A stretch of DNA of 64,000 nt from Polyangiales bacterium (lineage in GTDB: Bacteria > Myxococcota_A > Polyangia > Polyangiales > JADJQN01), in NCBI GenBank assembly GCA_964202905.1, contig CAXNJO010000001.1, forward strand, positions 64,001 through 128,000, read 5' to 3'. Each line of letters opens with the position of its first letter. The first letter of the stretch is position 1. The translations under genes and the position numbers were made by a program. Below the pieces are notes generated by a model. It did no database searches. It saw nothing but the letters and a program-made list of their open reading frames with translations, and was not told the origin of the DNA. Below, one piece after another: positions 52,702-62,000 of this stretch.

Positions 52702-53292
52702 CTACTCGCCGCCGAGGGCGAAGCCCTGCAGCCGCGCGACCACCCGCAGCGGGGCCTCGCGCAGGTCGAGCGCCATGCTCGTGTCGATGAGCACGGGGCC
52801 GACGTCGGGGCAGTACACGGTGCGGATCGCGCGCCCCGCGTCGCCGCCCTCTTCGGTGATCTCGACGCAGCCCTCGAAGTCGCCCGCGCCCGTGGAGGCG
52901 CGCGCCTCGACGGAGGTCACCGTGGCCGTCATGCCGCCGGTGCTCGGCCAGCTCGCGCCCGGCTCGAGCGGCGCGCGCAGCAGCCAGGTGCCGTTGCCGG
53001 GGCGGAAGATGCCCTCGGGCCGGAGGTCGTAGACGGTCGGGCTCCCACCGCCGCCCGGCGACACCTCGACGTGCGTCCCGTCGGCGCGCACGACGCGCAT
53101 CACGACGAGCGAGTCGAGGCTCGTGCCGGTGTCGATCTTGTAGCTCCACACGTGGCCCAGACCGAGCGGGTAGAGCCGGCGCGGCGCGCGCACGTCGCCC
53201 GTGGGACGCGCGGCGCCGGGGGACGCGCCGCCGCACGCGGCGAGAAGAAACACGAGCACCGCGAGGGGCGCGAGGCGGAGGGTGGGACGCAT
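52702..53292 (-). CDS. Hypothetical lipoprotein (196 aa)
   Basis: LAAC lipobox; YPLGLGHVWSY, LLRAPLEPGASW, GAGDFEGC, YCPDVGPV beta-strand pattern. Confidence 0.8.
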   Translation of the reverse strand: MRPTLRLAPLAVLVFLLAACGGASPGAARPTGDVRAPRRLYPLGLGHVWSYKIDTGTSLDSLVVMRVVRADGTHVEVSPGGGGSPTVYDLRPEGIFRPGNGTWLLRAPLEPGASWPSTGGMTATVTSVEARASTGAGDFEGCVEITEEGGDAGRAIRTVYCPDVGPVLIDTSMALDLREAPLRVVARLQGFALGGE

Positions 53293-53331
53293 GGGTTCGG
53301 CCTCTCGGGGGCGGGCGACACGGCGCGCGCG

Positions 53332-53643
53332 TCAGCGGTCGTAGAGGAGCACCATCGAGACGAGAAAGAGCGCGCAGAGCGCGAGCACGACGATCTGCAC
53401 CGGGTCGATCGCGACGCGCGCGGCGAGGCGCGCGGCTGCGGTGCGCACGGCCTCGCTGCGCGCATCGCGGAGCGGCGCGAGGAGCGCGCGGACGCGGCGG
53501 TGATCGCCGACCTCGAGCGCGCGGCGCGCCTCGTGGAGCGGCGCCCCCTCGCCGTCGCGCGGGACGGACGCCCAGTCGATGTCGTCGAGCGGTGCCGGCG
53601 CGGAGGCCCTGCGCTCGGTCTTCTTGCGGGCGCGCTCTTCCAT
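53332..53643 (-). CDS. Small protein with C-terminal TM helix (103 aa)
   Basis: ATG start, co-oriented with neighbour, IVVLALCALFLVSMVLLY. Confidence 0.7.
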   Translation of the reverse strand: MEERARKKTERRASAPAPLDDIDWASVPRDGEGAPLHEARRALEVGDHRRVRALLAPLRDARSEAVRTAAARLAARVAIDPVQIVVLALCALFLVSMVLLYDR

Positions 53644-53744
53644 CGCGGAGGCGCAGCGTAGCAGCCCGCGACGCCACGCGCGCGGGGCGGCCGACGCCCT
53701 GCTAGTCTCGCGGCGCGCGACGCGCTGCGAGGAGGGCCGACGAC

Positions 53745-54584
53745 GTGACCGACGTGTTCCGCGGTGGGCTGTACGAGGGCGAGGTGGTGCTCGTGACGGG
53801 CGGGGGCACCGGGATCGGGCTCGACGTCGCGCGTGAGACGGGGCGCCTCGGCGCGAAGGTCGCGCTCTGCGGGCGCCGCCCGGAGCGCCTCGAGGCCGCG
53901 GCCGCCGCGCTCACGGCCGAGGGCCTCACGGTCTATGCGGCCCCGTGCGACATCCGGCAGCCCGAGATGGTCACGGCCTTCGTCGAGCGCGTCTGCGCGG
54001 AGCTCGGCCCGATCAGCGTGCTCGTGAACAACGCGGGCGGGCAGTTCCCGACGACGGCCGAGTCGCTCTCGCCCAAGGGCTTCGAGGCGGTCGTGCGCAA
54101 CAACCTGCTCGGCACGTGGACCATGACGCACGCGGTCGCGACCCGCGCGCTCATCCCGCAAAAGCGCGGCCGCATCGTGAACGTGATCGCCAACGTGCGC
54201 CGCGGCTTCCCCGGCATGGTGCACACGGGCGCCGCGCGCGCGGGCGTCGAGAACATGACCAAGACGCTCGCCGTCGAGTGGGCGCAGCACGGCGTCCGCG
54301 TCAACGCCGTCGCGCCCGGCGTCATCAAGACGAGCGGCACGGATCAGTACCCGCCCGAGCTGCTCGAGATGAGCCGCCGCGCGACGCCGCTCAAGCGCCT
54401 CGGGACCGGCGAGGAGGTCGCGCACCTCATCACCTACCTCGGCTCGCGCGCGGCCGACTTCGTGACCGGGCAGACCTTCACGATCGACGGCGGCGCGTCG
54501 CTCTGGGGCGACACCTGGCTCATCCCGGACGCGCCCGGCGACGCGGGCGGCGCGTCCCTCCCGATCGCGGGCGGCAGCAAGTAG
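53745..54584 (+). CDS. SDR oxidoreductase (trans-2-enoyl-CoA reductase/AtuB-like)
   Basis: VTGGGTGIG, LVNNAGGQF, HTGAARAGVENMTKTLAVEW, NAVAPG, VTGQTFTIDGG. Confidence 0.9.
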   Translation: MTDVFRGGLYEGEVVLVTGGGTGIGLDVARETGRLGAKVALCGRRPERLEAAAAALTAEGLTVYAAPCDIRQPEMVTAFVERVCAELGPISVLVNNAGGQFPTTAESLSPKGFEAVVRNNLLGTWTMTHAVATRALIPQKRGRIVNVIANVRRGFPGMVHTGAARAGVENMTKTLAVEWAQHGVRVNAVAPGVIKTSGTDQYPPELLEMSRRATPLKRLGTGEEVAHLITYLGSRAADFVTGQTFTIDGGASLWGDTWLIPDAPGDAGGASLPIAGGSK

Positions 54585-54629
54585 CGAGCGCCGCGCAGCG
54601 TCGCGGGAGGCGACGCGCGGCGCGGGCCG

Positions 54630-55487
54630 TCACGCGGCGGCGGCGCGCTTCTTCCCGAAGACGAACGCCAGCAGCACGCTGAAGTAGTAGAGGACGATCA
54701 GCGGCACGAGCATCGTGATCTGCGAGCCGACGTCCGGCGGCGTGAGCACGGCCGCGAGCACCGCGGCGATCACGATGAACCAGCGCCCGAAGCGCAGCAG
54801 CTGCTTCCAGTCGACGACCCCGGTGACCGCGAGGAAGGTCACGACCACGGGGACCTCGAAGACCACACCGAACGCGAGCAGCATCTGCGTGGTGAAGTCG
54901 AGGTACTCGGACATCGTGATCGACGGCGTGATGCGCACGCCCGCCATCGGCAGCATCTCGCTGAACCCGAGGAAGGTCTCGAACGCCGAGGGAAACACCG
55001 CGTAGTAGCCGAACACCGCGCCGCCGAGGAAGCACAGCGTCGAGAAGAGGACGAAGGGGATCGCGTAGCGCTTCTCCTTCGCGTAGAGGCCCGGCGACAC
55101 GAACGCCCACGCCTGCCAGAAGACCCACGGCGACGACGCGAGGAAGCCCACGAAGATCGCGAGCTTCATGTAGACGACGAAGGCGTCCGCGGGGCTGAGG
55201 AAGTGCAGGCCGCTCGCGGGCAGCGCGAGCTTGCGGATCGCACGACCGAGCGGGATCGCCAGGAAGTCGAGCAGCGGGACGCGAAACACCCACGCGAGCG
55301 CGACCGCGGGCACGAACACATAGGTCGAGCGGATGAGCCGAACGCGCAGCTCGTCGAGGTGGTCGAAGAACGACATCTGCACGTCGTCCTCGGGCTGCGT
55401 CGGCGCGTCGTCGGCGACGTCGGCGCCGTCGGGCGGCGGCTCAGGTGGGGGCGCGGCGGGCGCGAGCAGCGGGCGCGGGCGTCCCAT
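54630..55487 (-). CDS. tatC: Twin-arginine translocase subunit TatC
   Basis: MSFFDHLDELRVRL, WAFVSPGLYAKEK, FGVVFEVP, AAVLTPPD. Confidence 0.96.
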   Translation of the reverse strand: MGRPRPLLAPAAPPPEPPPDGADVADDAPTQPEDDVQMSFFDHLDELRVRLIRSTYVFVPAVALAWVFRVPLLDFLAIPLGRAIRKLALPASGLHFLSPADAFVVYMKLAIFVGFLASSPWVFWQAWAFVSPGLYAKEKRYAIPFVLFSTLCFLGGAVFGYYAVFPSAFETFLGFSEMLPMAGVRITPSITMSEYLDFTTQMLLAFGVVFEVPVVVTFLAVTGVVDWKQLLRFGRWFIVIAAVLAAVLTPPDVGSQITMLVPLIVLYYFSVLLAFVFGKKRAAAA

Positions 55488-55490
55488 GCG

Positions 55491-55871
55491 TCAGGCCCCC
55501 ACCTCGGGCGTCGCCGTGCGGCGCGCCTCGGCGATGTCGACGCCCTCGGACGGATACTCCTCGCGCCGTTGCGCGGCGGGGACGGGGGTCGTCGTGCCCG
55601 GGGCCGAGGCGGCGACGGCGGCTGCCGCGGCGCGCGGCGCGGCGACGTCGGGACGCACGCGCGGCGGCACGCGGCGCATCGGGTTCGCGAGGTCCTCGTC
55701 GGCGAGCAGCTCGTCGAGCCCGACCTGCGCGCGCAGCTCGCGCGTGGCCTTGCGGAACTCGCGCATCGCCCGGCCCACCGACTTCATCATCACGGGCATG
55801 CGCCGCGGCCCGACCGCCACGAGCAGCAGCACACCGATGACCACGAATTCGCCGAAGCCGATCCCGAACAT
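55491..55871 (-). CDS. tatB: Twin-arginine translocase subunit TatB (TatA/B family, 126 aa)
   Basis: MFGIGFGEFVVIGVLLLVAVGPRRMP...GRAMREFRKA; directly upstream of tatC. Confidence 0.88.
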   Translation of the reverse strand: MFGIGFGEFVVIGVLLLVAVGPRRMPVMMKSVGRAMREFRKATRELRAQVGLDELLADEDLANPMRRVPPRVRPDVAAPRAAAAAVAASAPGTTTPVPAAQRREEYPSEGVDIAEARRTATPEVGA

Positions 55872-55919
55872 GTCGTCCGCGGAGGGGTAGCACCGCCCGC
55901 GCCCGCACGGTACGCGCGC

Positions 55920-55970
55920 CGGCACGCCTCACGCGGCGGGGCCCACGGCACGCCTCACGCGGCGGGGCCC
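55920..55970. repeat. 26-bp-period tandem duplication including the MCP stop codon
   Basis: cggcacgcctcacgcggcggggccc at 55920-55944 and 55946-55970. Confidence 0.9.
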
Positions 55971-57664
55971 GACGACGAGCCGAGCATCTTCTTCAACCGC
56001 TCGGCGGCGCCGGCGAGCGCGCGGAGTTGCCGCTCGTTCGCCCGCGTGACGGCCTGGATGCGCTGCGCGGCCTCCAGCGTCTGCTCGCCGCCGCGTGACT
56101 GAGCGCGTTGTGCGCCGTGGAGCTGCTGGACCATGCCGGTGATGTTGTCCATGGCCTGCGTGATCTGCCGCCCGCCGCGCGCCTGCTCCTGCGCGCTGCG
56201 CTCCACCTGCTGCGTGATCTGCCGCATCTTCTCGGCGCCCTTCATGATCAGCTCGGAGCCACGCGCCTGCTCGGAGGTCGCGGCGGCGATCTGCTGGACG
56301 GTCTCGGCGATGCGGCCGATCGAGTCCGTCACGTGCTTGCTGCCGCGCGCCTGCTCGACGGTCGCGCGGGCGATCGCGCGGACCATGTTCGTCGACTTCT
56401 GGGACGAGTCGAGGATCTTCTTGAGGGCGCGCTCGGCGTCGGCGCTCACCTCCACCCCGCGATCGACCGTGTGCGCGCCGCGCTCGACGGCGGCGATGGC
56501 GTTCTTCGACTCGGCCTGGATGGTCTTGATGAGGTCGGCGATCTCGCGGGTCGAGCTGCCGGCGCGCTCGGCGAGGTCCTTGATCTCGTCGGCGACGACC
56601 GCGAAGCCCTTGCCGTGCTCGCCCGCCTGCGCCGCGATGATCGCGGCGTTCAGCGCGAGGAGGTTCGTCTGCTCGGCGACGTCGTCGATGACGTTGAGAA
56701 TGTCGCCGATGGCCTCGATGCGGCTCCCGAGCGAGGCGATGACGGACGCCGCATCGCTCGCCGTGTCCTTGATGCGGTTGATCTCCGCGATGGTCTTGAG
56801 GATCGCGTCCGCGCCGCGTTCGGCGTCGACCGTGACCTCTTCGGAGAGCCGCGCCGTCTCGTTCGCGTTCGTCTGCACCTGTTCGATGGAGACGTTCATC
56901 GCGTGCATCGAGGCGTTGGTCTCCTCGGCCGTCAGCGAGAGTTCGTCGACGTTCCGCGCGACCTCCTTGGTCGAGTAGGACATCTCCTCGATCGAGCCGA
57001 CCGTCTCTCGGACGCTCGCGGCGAGGTGGGCCATGTTCTCCGACACGGCGTCGTTCACGGCGGTCATCGCCACGATCGACGTGGACGACTGCTCCGCGCT
57101 CGCGGCGAGCGCCTCGACGTGGACCGCCATCTGTCGGTGCGCCGCGGCGACTTCCGTCGTCGAGCGCGTCGTCTGATCGACGGCCGCGAGCTGCTCGTCG
57201 ACGCCGGCGGCGAGCTCGACGAGCTGCGTGGTCAACGTCTGCTCCGCGCTCCCCGCCTCGAAGAGCAGGCCGCGCCCACGCTCGCGCTGCGTCGAGAGCT
57301 CGGCGCGGAGCGCATCCGCCTCACGGCGCGCATCGACGGCGGAGTCGCTCGCGCGGCGCAGCTCGACGGCCGTCGCGTCGAGGGCGTCGAAGACGTCGGC
57401 CAGCTCCCCCCGCGCGTCGAGCGGACGCTGCGGACGGTCCCCGCGCGCCGCGACCCGCACGGCGTCGCGCAGCGCGGCGAGCGACTGGCTGCCGCCGGTG
57501 GCGCCGCTCATCGCGACGACGCCGCCCAGCAGCCCACCGGCGAGGGCGAGCGCGACGACCGCGTGCAACTCGAGCTGCGGAAACCACAGCGCCGCGCCGG
57601 CGCCGAGGGCGGCGACGAGGACACCCGGTAGGAGCGTGGGGCTTCTCTGGAGGCGCGCGAACAT
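55955..57664 (-). CDS. Methyl-accepting chemotaxis protein lacking a periplasmic sensor domain
   Basis: Two adjacent TM helices, HAMP-like segment, [42 protein letters not shown]. Confidence 0.93.
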   Translation of the reverse strand: MFARLQRSPTLLPGVLVAALGAGAALWFPQLELHAVVALALAGGLLGGVVAMSGATGGSQSLAALRDAVRVAARGDRPQRPLDARGELADVFDALDATAVELRRASDSAVDARREADALRAELSTQRERGRGLLFEAGSAEQTLTTQLVELAAGVDEQLAAVDQTTRSTTEVAAAHRQMAVHVEALAASAEQSSTSIVAMTAVNDAVSENMAHLAASVRETVGSIEEMSYSTKEVARNVDELSLTAEETNASMHAMNVSIEQVQTNANETARLSEEVTVDAERGADAILKTIAEINRIKDTASDAASVIASLGSRIEAIGDILNVIDDVAEQTNLLALNAAIIAAQAGEHGKGFAVVADEIKDLAERAGSSTREIADLIKTIQAESKNAIAAVERGAHTVDRGVEVSADAERALKKILDSSQKSTNMVRAIARATVEQARGSKHVTDSIGRIAETVQQIAAATSEQARGSELIMKGAEKMRQITQQVERSAQEQARGGRQITQAMDNITGMVQQLHGAQRAQSRGGEQTLEAAQRIQAVTRANERQLRALAGAAERLKKMLGSSSGPAA

Positions 57665-57768
57665 GGACCTCTCGCGGCCGCGCTACGTCGGTCGCGGGGC
57701 GAGAGTAGTGGCCGGGCGCCGAAGTTCCAAGTGCGAGCGCGCGCCCGCACCGTCGCGTGACGCCGGCT

Positions 57769-57796
57769 CGATGCGTCCATGCGCACAGACGCATCG
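57769..57796. promoter_or_regulatory. Palindrome upstream of the MCP gene, related to 37263-37288
   Basis: cgatgcgtc-catgcgcaca-gacgcatcg. Confidence 0.5.
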
Positions 57797-57839
57797 TCGT
57801 CAGGTGCGCGGGACGGGGCGACGCGCGATCCGGCGCGGC

Positions 57840-58976
57840 TCAGTGCGCACGCGCGACGGCGGCGCGGTCCGAGGCGTCATCGAGCGGGCGGAGCGCGTCG
57901 GCGACGCACGCAGCGTCACCTTCGAGCCCGCACACGCGCGCCAGCAGCGCCCGTGCTTCGGCGAGCGAGGGGCGGAGGCGCACGGCCTGCGCCGCGTGGT
58001 GACGCGCCGCGCGCCCGTCGTCGCGGGCGAGCGCGACGACCGCGGCTGCGTAGTGCACGGCCGGGTCGCGATCGTCGCGGCGCAGGAGCGCAGCGACGAG
58101 GGCGCCGGCTTCGGCGTGCCGCCCGCGCAGCGCCTCGACGGGGGCGAGCCGGAGCTGTGCCTCGGTGGCGAGCGCGCTCCGGGCGGCGGCGATCGAGAGG
58201 TCGGCGGCGGCGCCCTCGAAGTCGCCGCGCTGGGCGCGCGCCGCGCCGCGGACGAGCCGGGGCGAGGCCGCTTCGGGATCCACGGAGAGCGCCCGCGCCG
58301 CGCGACCTTCGGCGGCGCGGGGACGCCCGAGCCGGAGGTCGCACCACGCGAGGACGCCCGCGGCTTCCGCGTCGTCGGGGGTCAGCTCGAGCAGCCGCAG
58401 CAGGTGCGCGCGGGCCTCCCTGGGGCGTCCGGTGCGGGCCAGCAGGAAGCCGAGGTTGCGGCGGGCGCCCGTCTGACCCGGCTCGATCGCGAGCGCGGCC
58501 TCGAAGTCGCGGCGGGCCTCCGCGAGATGCGCGGCGTCGTGCTCCCCGAGGCGCTCGTGGACGACGCCGAGATCGCCCCAGGCGATCGCGAGCTCCGGGT
58601 CGAGCGAGACGGCCGTGCGGAGCGCGCGCTCGGCGTCGTGGAGGCGGCCGCGCGCGAGCGCGACGAGCCCGAGGTTCGCGTGGGCCTCGGCGAAGTCGGG
58701 GTTGTACTCGAGCGCGAGGCGGAGGCGCGCCTCCGCCTCGTCGAGGCGGCCTGCGACGAGGTGCGCGGCGCCGGCGCGGTCATGCTCGAGGGCGACGCGG
58801 GGGACGGGCGCGGCGCCGCACGCGGCGAGACCCGCGGCGAGACCCGCGGCGGCGCCCGCGGCGGCGCCCGCGGCGAGATACGTGGCGAGACACGTGGCGA
58901 GGCCGCGTTGGCGCGCGGCGCGCGCGCAGCAATGGAGCGCCCCCCGGAGGGGGCGCTTGGAGAGAGAGGCGAACAC
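57840..58976 (-). CDS. TPR-repeat lipoprotein (start uncertain)
   Basis: LAAC lipobox; LALEYNPDFAEAHANLG, AVSLDPELAIAWGDLG, ALAIEPGQTGARRNLG repeats. Confidence 0.85.
   Translation of the reverse strand: MFASLSKRPLRGALHCCARAARQRGLATCLATYLAAGAAAGAAAGLAAGLAACGAAPVPRVALEHDRAGAAHLVAGRLDEAEARLRLALEYNPDFAEAHANLGLVALARGRLHDAERALRTAVSLDPELAIAWGDLGVVHERLGEHDAAHLAEARRDFEAALAIEPGQTGARRNLGFLLARTGRPREARAHLLRLLELTPDDAEAAGVLAWCDLRLGRPRAAEGRAARALSVDPEAASPRLVRGAARAQRGDFEGAAADLSIAAARSALATEAQLRLAPVEALRGRHAEAGALVAALLRRDDRDPAVHYAAAVVALARDDGRAARHHAAQAVRLRPSLAEARALLARVCGLEGDAACVADALRPLDDASDRAAVARAH
58821..58904. repeat. 12-bp tandem repeat x7 in signal-peptide coding region
   Basis: cgcggcgagacc x2, cgcggcggcgcc x2, cgcggcgagata, cgtggcgagaca, cgtggcgaggcc. 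Confidence 0.85.
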
Positions 58977-59012
58977 GGGGGCTCCGGGCGAAGGGGGCGG
59001 CGAGCGCCGGCC

Positions 59013-62000
59013 TTATCGCGGCGCAGCGACGCGGGTTGCGGGTGGCGTCTCGGAGGCCGCGGTGACGGGCTGCTCGACGAGGGTCCCGTCGGCGCCGAGG
59101 CGGTAGCGGCGCGCGCGCGTCTCCCGCGTGAGCTGCACCCGCGCGGTGACGACGCGCGGCGACGGCGTACCGGGCGCGCTCACGAGGAGCAGCTCGGCGT
59201 CGACCGGACGCAGCGCGTCGCGATCGGCGCGGCGCACCTCGAAGAGATAGTCGCCCTCCTCGCGCTCGCGCACGCGGATCGCCTCGATGCCGAAGGCGGG
59301 ACCGCTCGCCGTCGCGGGCTCCCAGGCCACGTCCACGGCCGTGCTCGGGAAGCGCGCGTGCAACGTCGGCGCGTCGTCCGGGTGGTCCCAGGTCAGCGCG
59401 ACGAAGAGCGCCGGCGGATCACGGAGCGCACCGGCCCCGCGCTCGCGCTCGCGGAGCTGGGCGAGGCGCGTCGCGTCGGGGCCGGCCGCGCGCAACCGCG
59501 CCAGCCGCACGAGCGTCCAGAGCCGCGCGAGGCCGGCGGCGCCCGCGTCGACGCCCGACTCGACCGTCTCGGCGAGGCGCTGCTCGAGGCGCAGGGCCTC
59601 GTCGAGGCGCCCCGCGTCCGCGGCCGCGCGCGCGAGCAGGAGCATGACGTCGCCGTCGTTCGGGCGGAGGCGCGCGAGCATCTGGTACTCGCGCAGCGCG
59701 TCATCCGCCCAGCCGTGCGCGCGGTAGAGATCACCGAGCCGCTGCCGCGCCCAGGGGTCGAGCGGGGCGAGCTCGACGACCTCGCTGAGCACACGCCGCG
59801 CCTCCTTCTCGTCGCCCTGACGCAGCCAGAACTCGCCGATCGCCGTACGCACGCGCGCGTCGGCGAACGGGTCGGCGCGGAGCGCGCGGGCGAGCCGCTT
59901 CGCCTCGCCGAGCGCGCCCGTCTCCTCGAGGAGCGCGAGCAGCCGCAGCCGCAGATCGGTCTCGTCGGGTGCCACCTCGAGCCATCGCCGTACGAGCGCG
60001 AGACGCAGGGCAGGCGTCGGCTGCGCGCGGAAGAGCCGCGCGAAGAACGCCCAGTCGAGGGGCACCTCGAGGCCGAGGCCACGCCGCACCGCGTCCACCT
60101 CGGACGGCGTACGCACGCGGCGGAGAATCGCCTGCCGCAGGTACGTCGCGACCGCGCCGTCGCCACGCAGCGCCTGGTGGAGGCGGAGTTGCGCATCCAC
60201 CGAGCCCGCGTGCGCGAGGAGCTTGTCGAGGAGGGTGCGCCGGTCGCGCCAGGTCTCGAGCTCGCACGCGCCGAGCGCCTCGCGCCACACCGAGAGGGCG
60301 CCGTCGACGCCGGGGTTCGCGGCCAGTCGCTCGCGCCAGAGGGCCGCGCGCACCTCGAGGTCCTGGCCCGCAGCGTCGCTGCACCGGCGGCGCGTGCCGA
60401 GCGCGCGCGTCGGCAGGTCGAACGCGAAGACGTGCGAGACACGCACCACGCCCGCGGCGCCCGTCGCGGGGAAGCGCAGGCCGCGCACCTCGGTCAGCAC
60501 GCACGCGGAGAGCTCCGCGTCGCCGAGCGTGTCGCGCGCGACGTCGAGCTTCGCGACGCTGCCGCGGCCATCGACCTCGAGCGCGACGCCGAGCGCGCCC
60601 GCGAGGTCGGGACGCACGACCAGACGCCGATCGAAGCAGCCTTGCGGCCCACGCCCGCCGAGCGCGAGGACGCGCTGCACGGCCGCGGCGGCGAGGCCCC
60701 CGTCGCCTGCCCCGATCGGCGCCGCGTCGGTGGACGCGTCGTCGACGCTCGGGACGCGCGGCTGCCAGGTGGACTCCGGCAAGGACGCGGGCTCCGGTGC
60801 GGCGCGGCGTCCGCGTCGACGCCAGCCTTCACCGGCGCCGAGCGCGTCGACGTCGAGCGCAGCCCCGCCACCGCCGATTCCCCAAGCGATCTCAGAGGGA
60901 TCGACGTCGAAGCCGGTCACGGGCGGGTAGCCGGTCGGCGGCGCGGTCCCGACGACGAGCGACGTCCACGGCGTGACCATGTCGAAGCGGACGCCGAGCT
61001 CCACGAGGGCCTCGCGCCCCGCGTCCTCGTCGAGCAGATCGGCGAGACGCGCCGCGGCCCAGCGGCGTCGCACGTCGCCGCCGTCGTCGACGCTGCGCTT
61101 CTCGAGCTTCAGCGTGCGTTCGACGGGTTTCCCGTCGCGGACGCCACGCAGGGCGATCGACGCGGGGAGCGCACCGCGCAGCCGCCCGACGAGGCGTACG
61201 CGCCCGCCCTGCTCGACGACGAGCGGACCGCGCGGGTAGACGCGCTCGATGGTCGGACCCGCGTCGACGGTGACGCCGCGCAGCGTCGGGCGCGCCGCCT
61301 CCGCGAGCACGCCCATCACCGCGCGCGCGGCCTCGGTGCGCTCGCGCACGGGCGCGGCCTGCCCGCCGAAGAGGCCGCGGAGCAGGTCGACGTTGGCGCC
61401 GTCGCCCACGCCGAGCGCGAAGAAGCGCGGCGGCGCCTCGATCGCGGCGAGCGCGGCGCGCACCGCGCCCATGTCGACCGCGCCCGTCGTGGGGAGCCCG
61501 TCGCCGAGGTAGAGGACGGCGCCGCGGGGCTGGCCCGCGACGACGGTCGCCGCGTCCCGCAGCGCGCGCGCGAGGTCCGTCGCGCCGCCGGGCTCGACGC
61601 GTCCGAGCGCGCCGAGCATCGCCTCGGCGGTCGCGGGCGTCGCGGGCGACAGGCCGGGCGGCAGGCCCTGCGCGCCGTACGCGCCGACGTCGGCGAGCTG
61701 CAGGGCGAGCAGGTCGGTGGGCGCGAGCTGGCGCGTGACGGCCTCGACGACGCTGCGCGCGAGCTCGAGGTCCTCGGGCGCCGTGCCGCCGCTCACGTCG
61801 ACGAGCAGTACGAGCGCGAGGGGCGCGTCCGCGGGGGGCTCGGCGGCGTCGTCCGCGGGCACGTCGACGAGGACGAAGCGTTCGTCGCCCTCGGCGCCGC
61901 CGCGCCCGCCCGCGCCCGCCTCGACGACGTACGCGGACGCGATGTCCGCCGCCGGGGCCTTCGCGTCGATCAGGTCGAGGTGGAAGTCGGCGCGCGGCGC

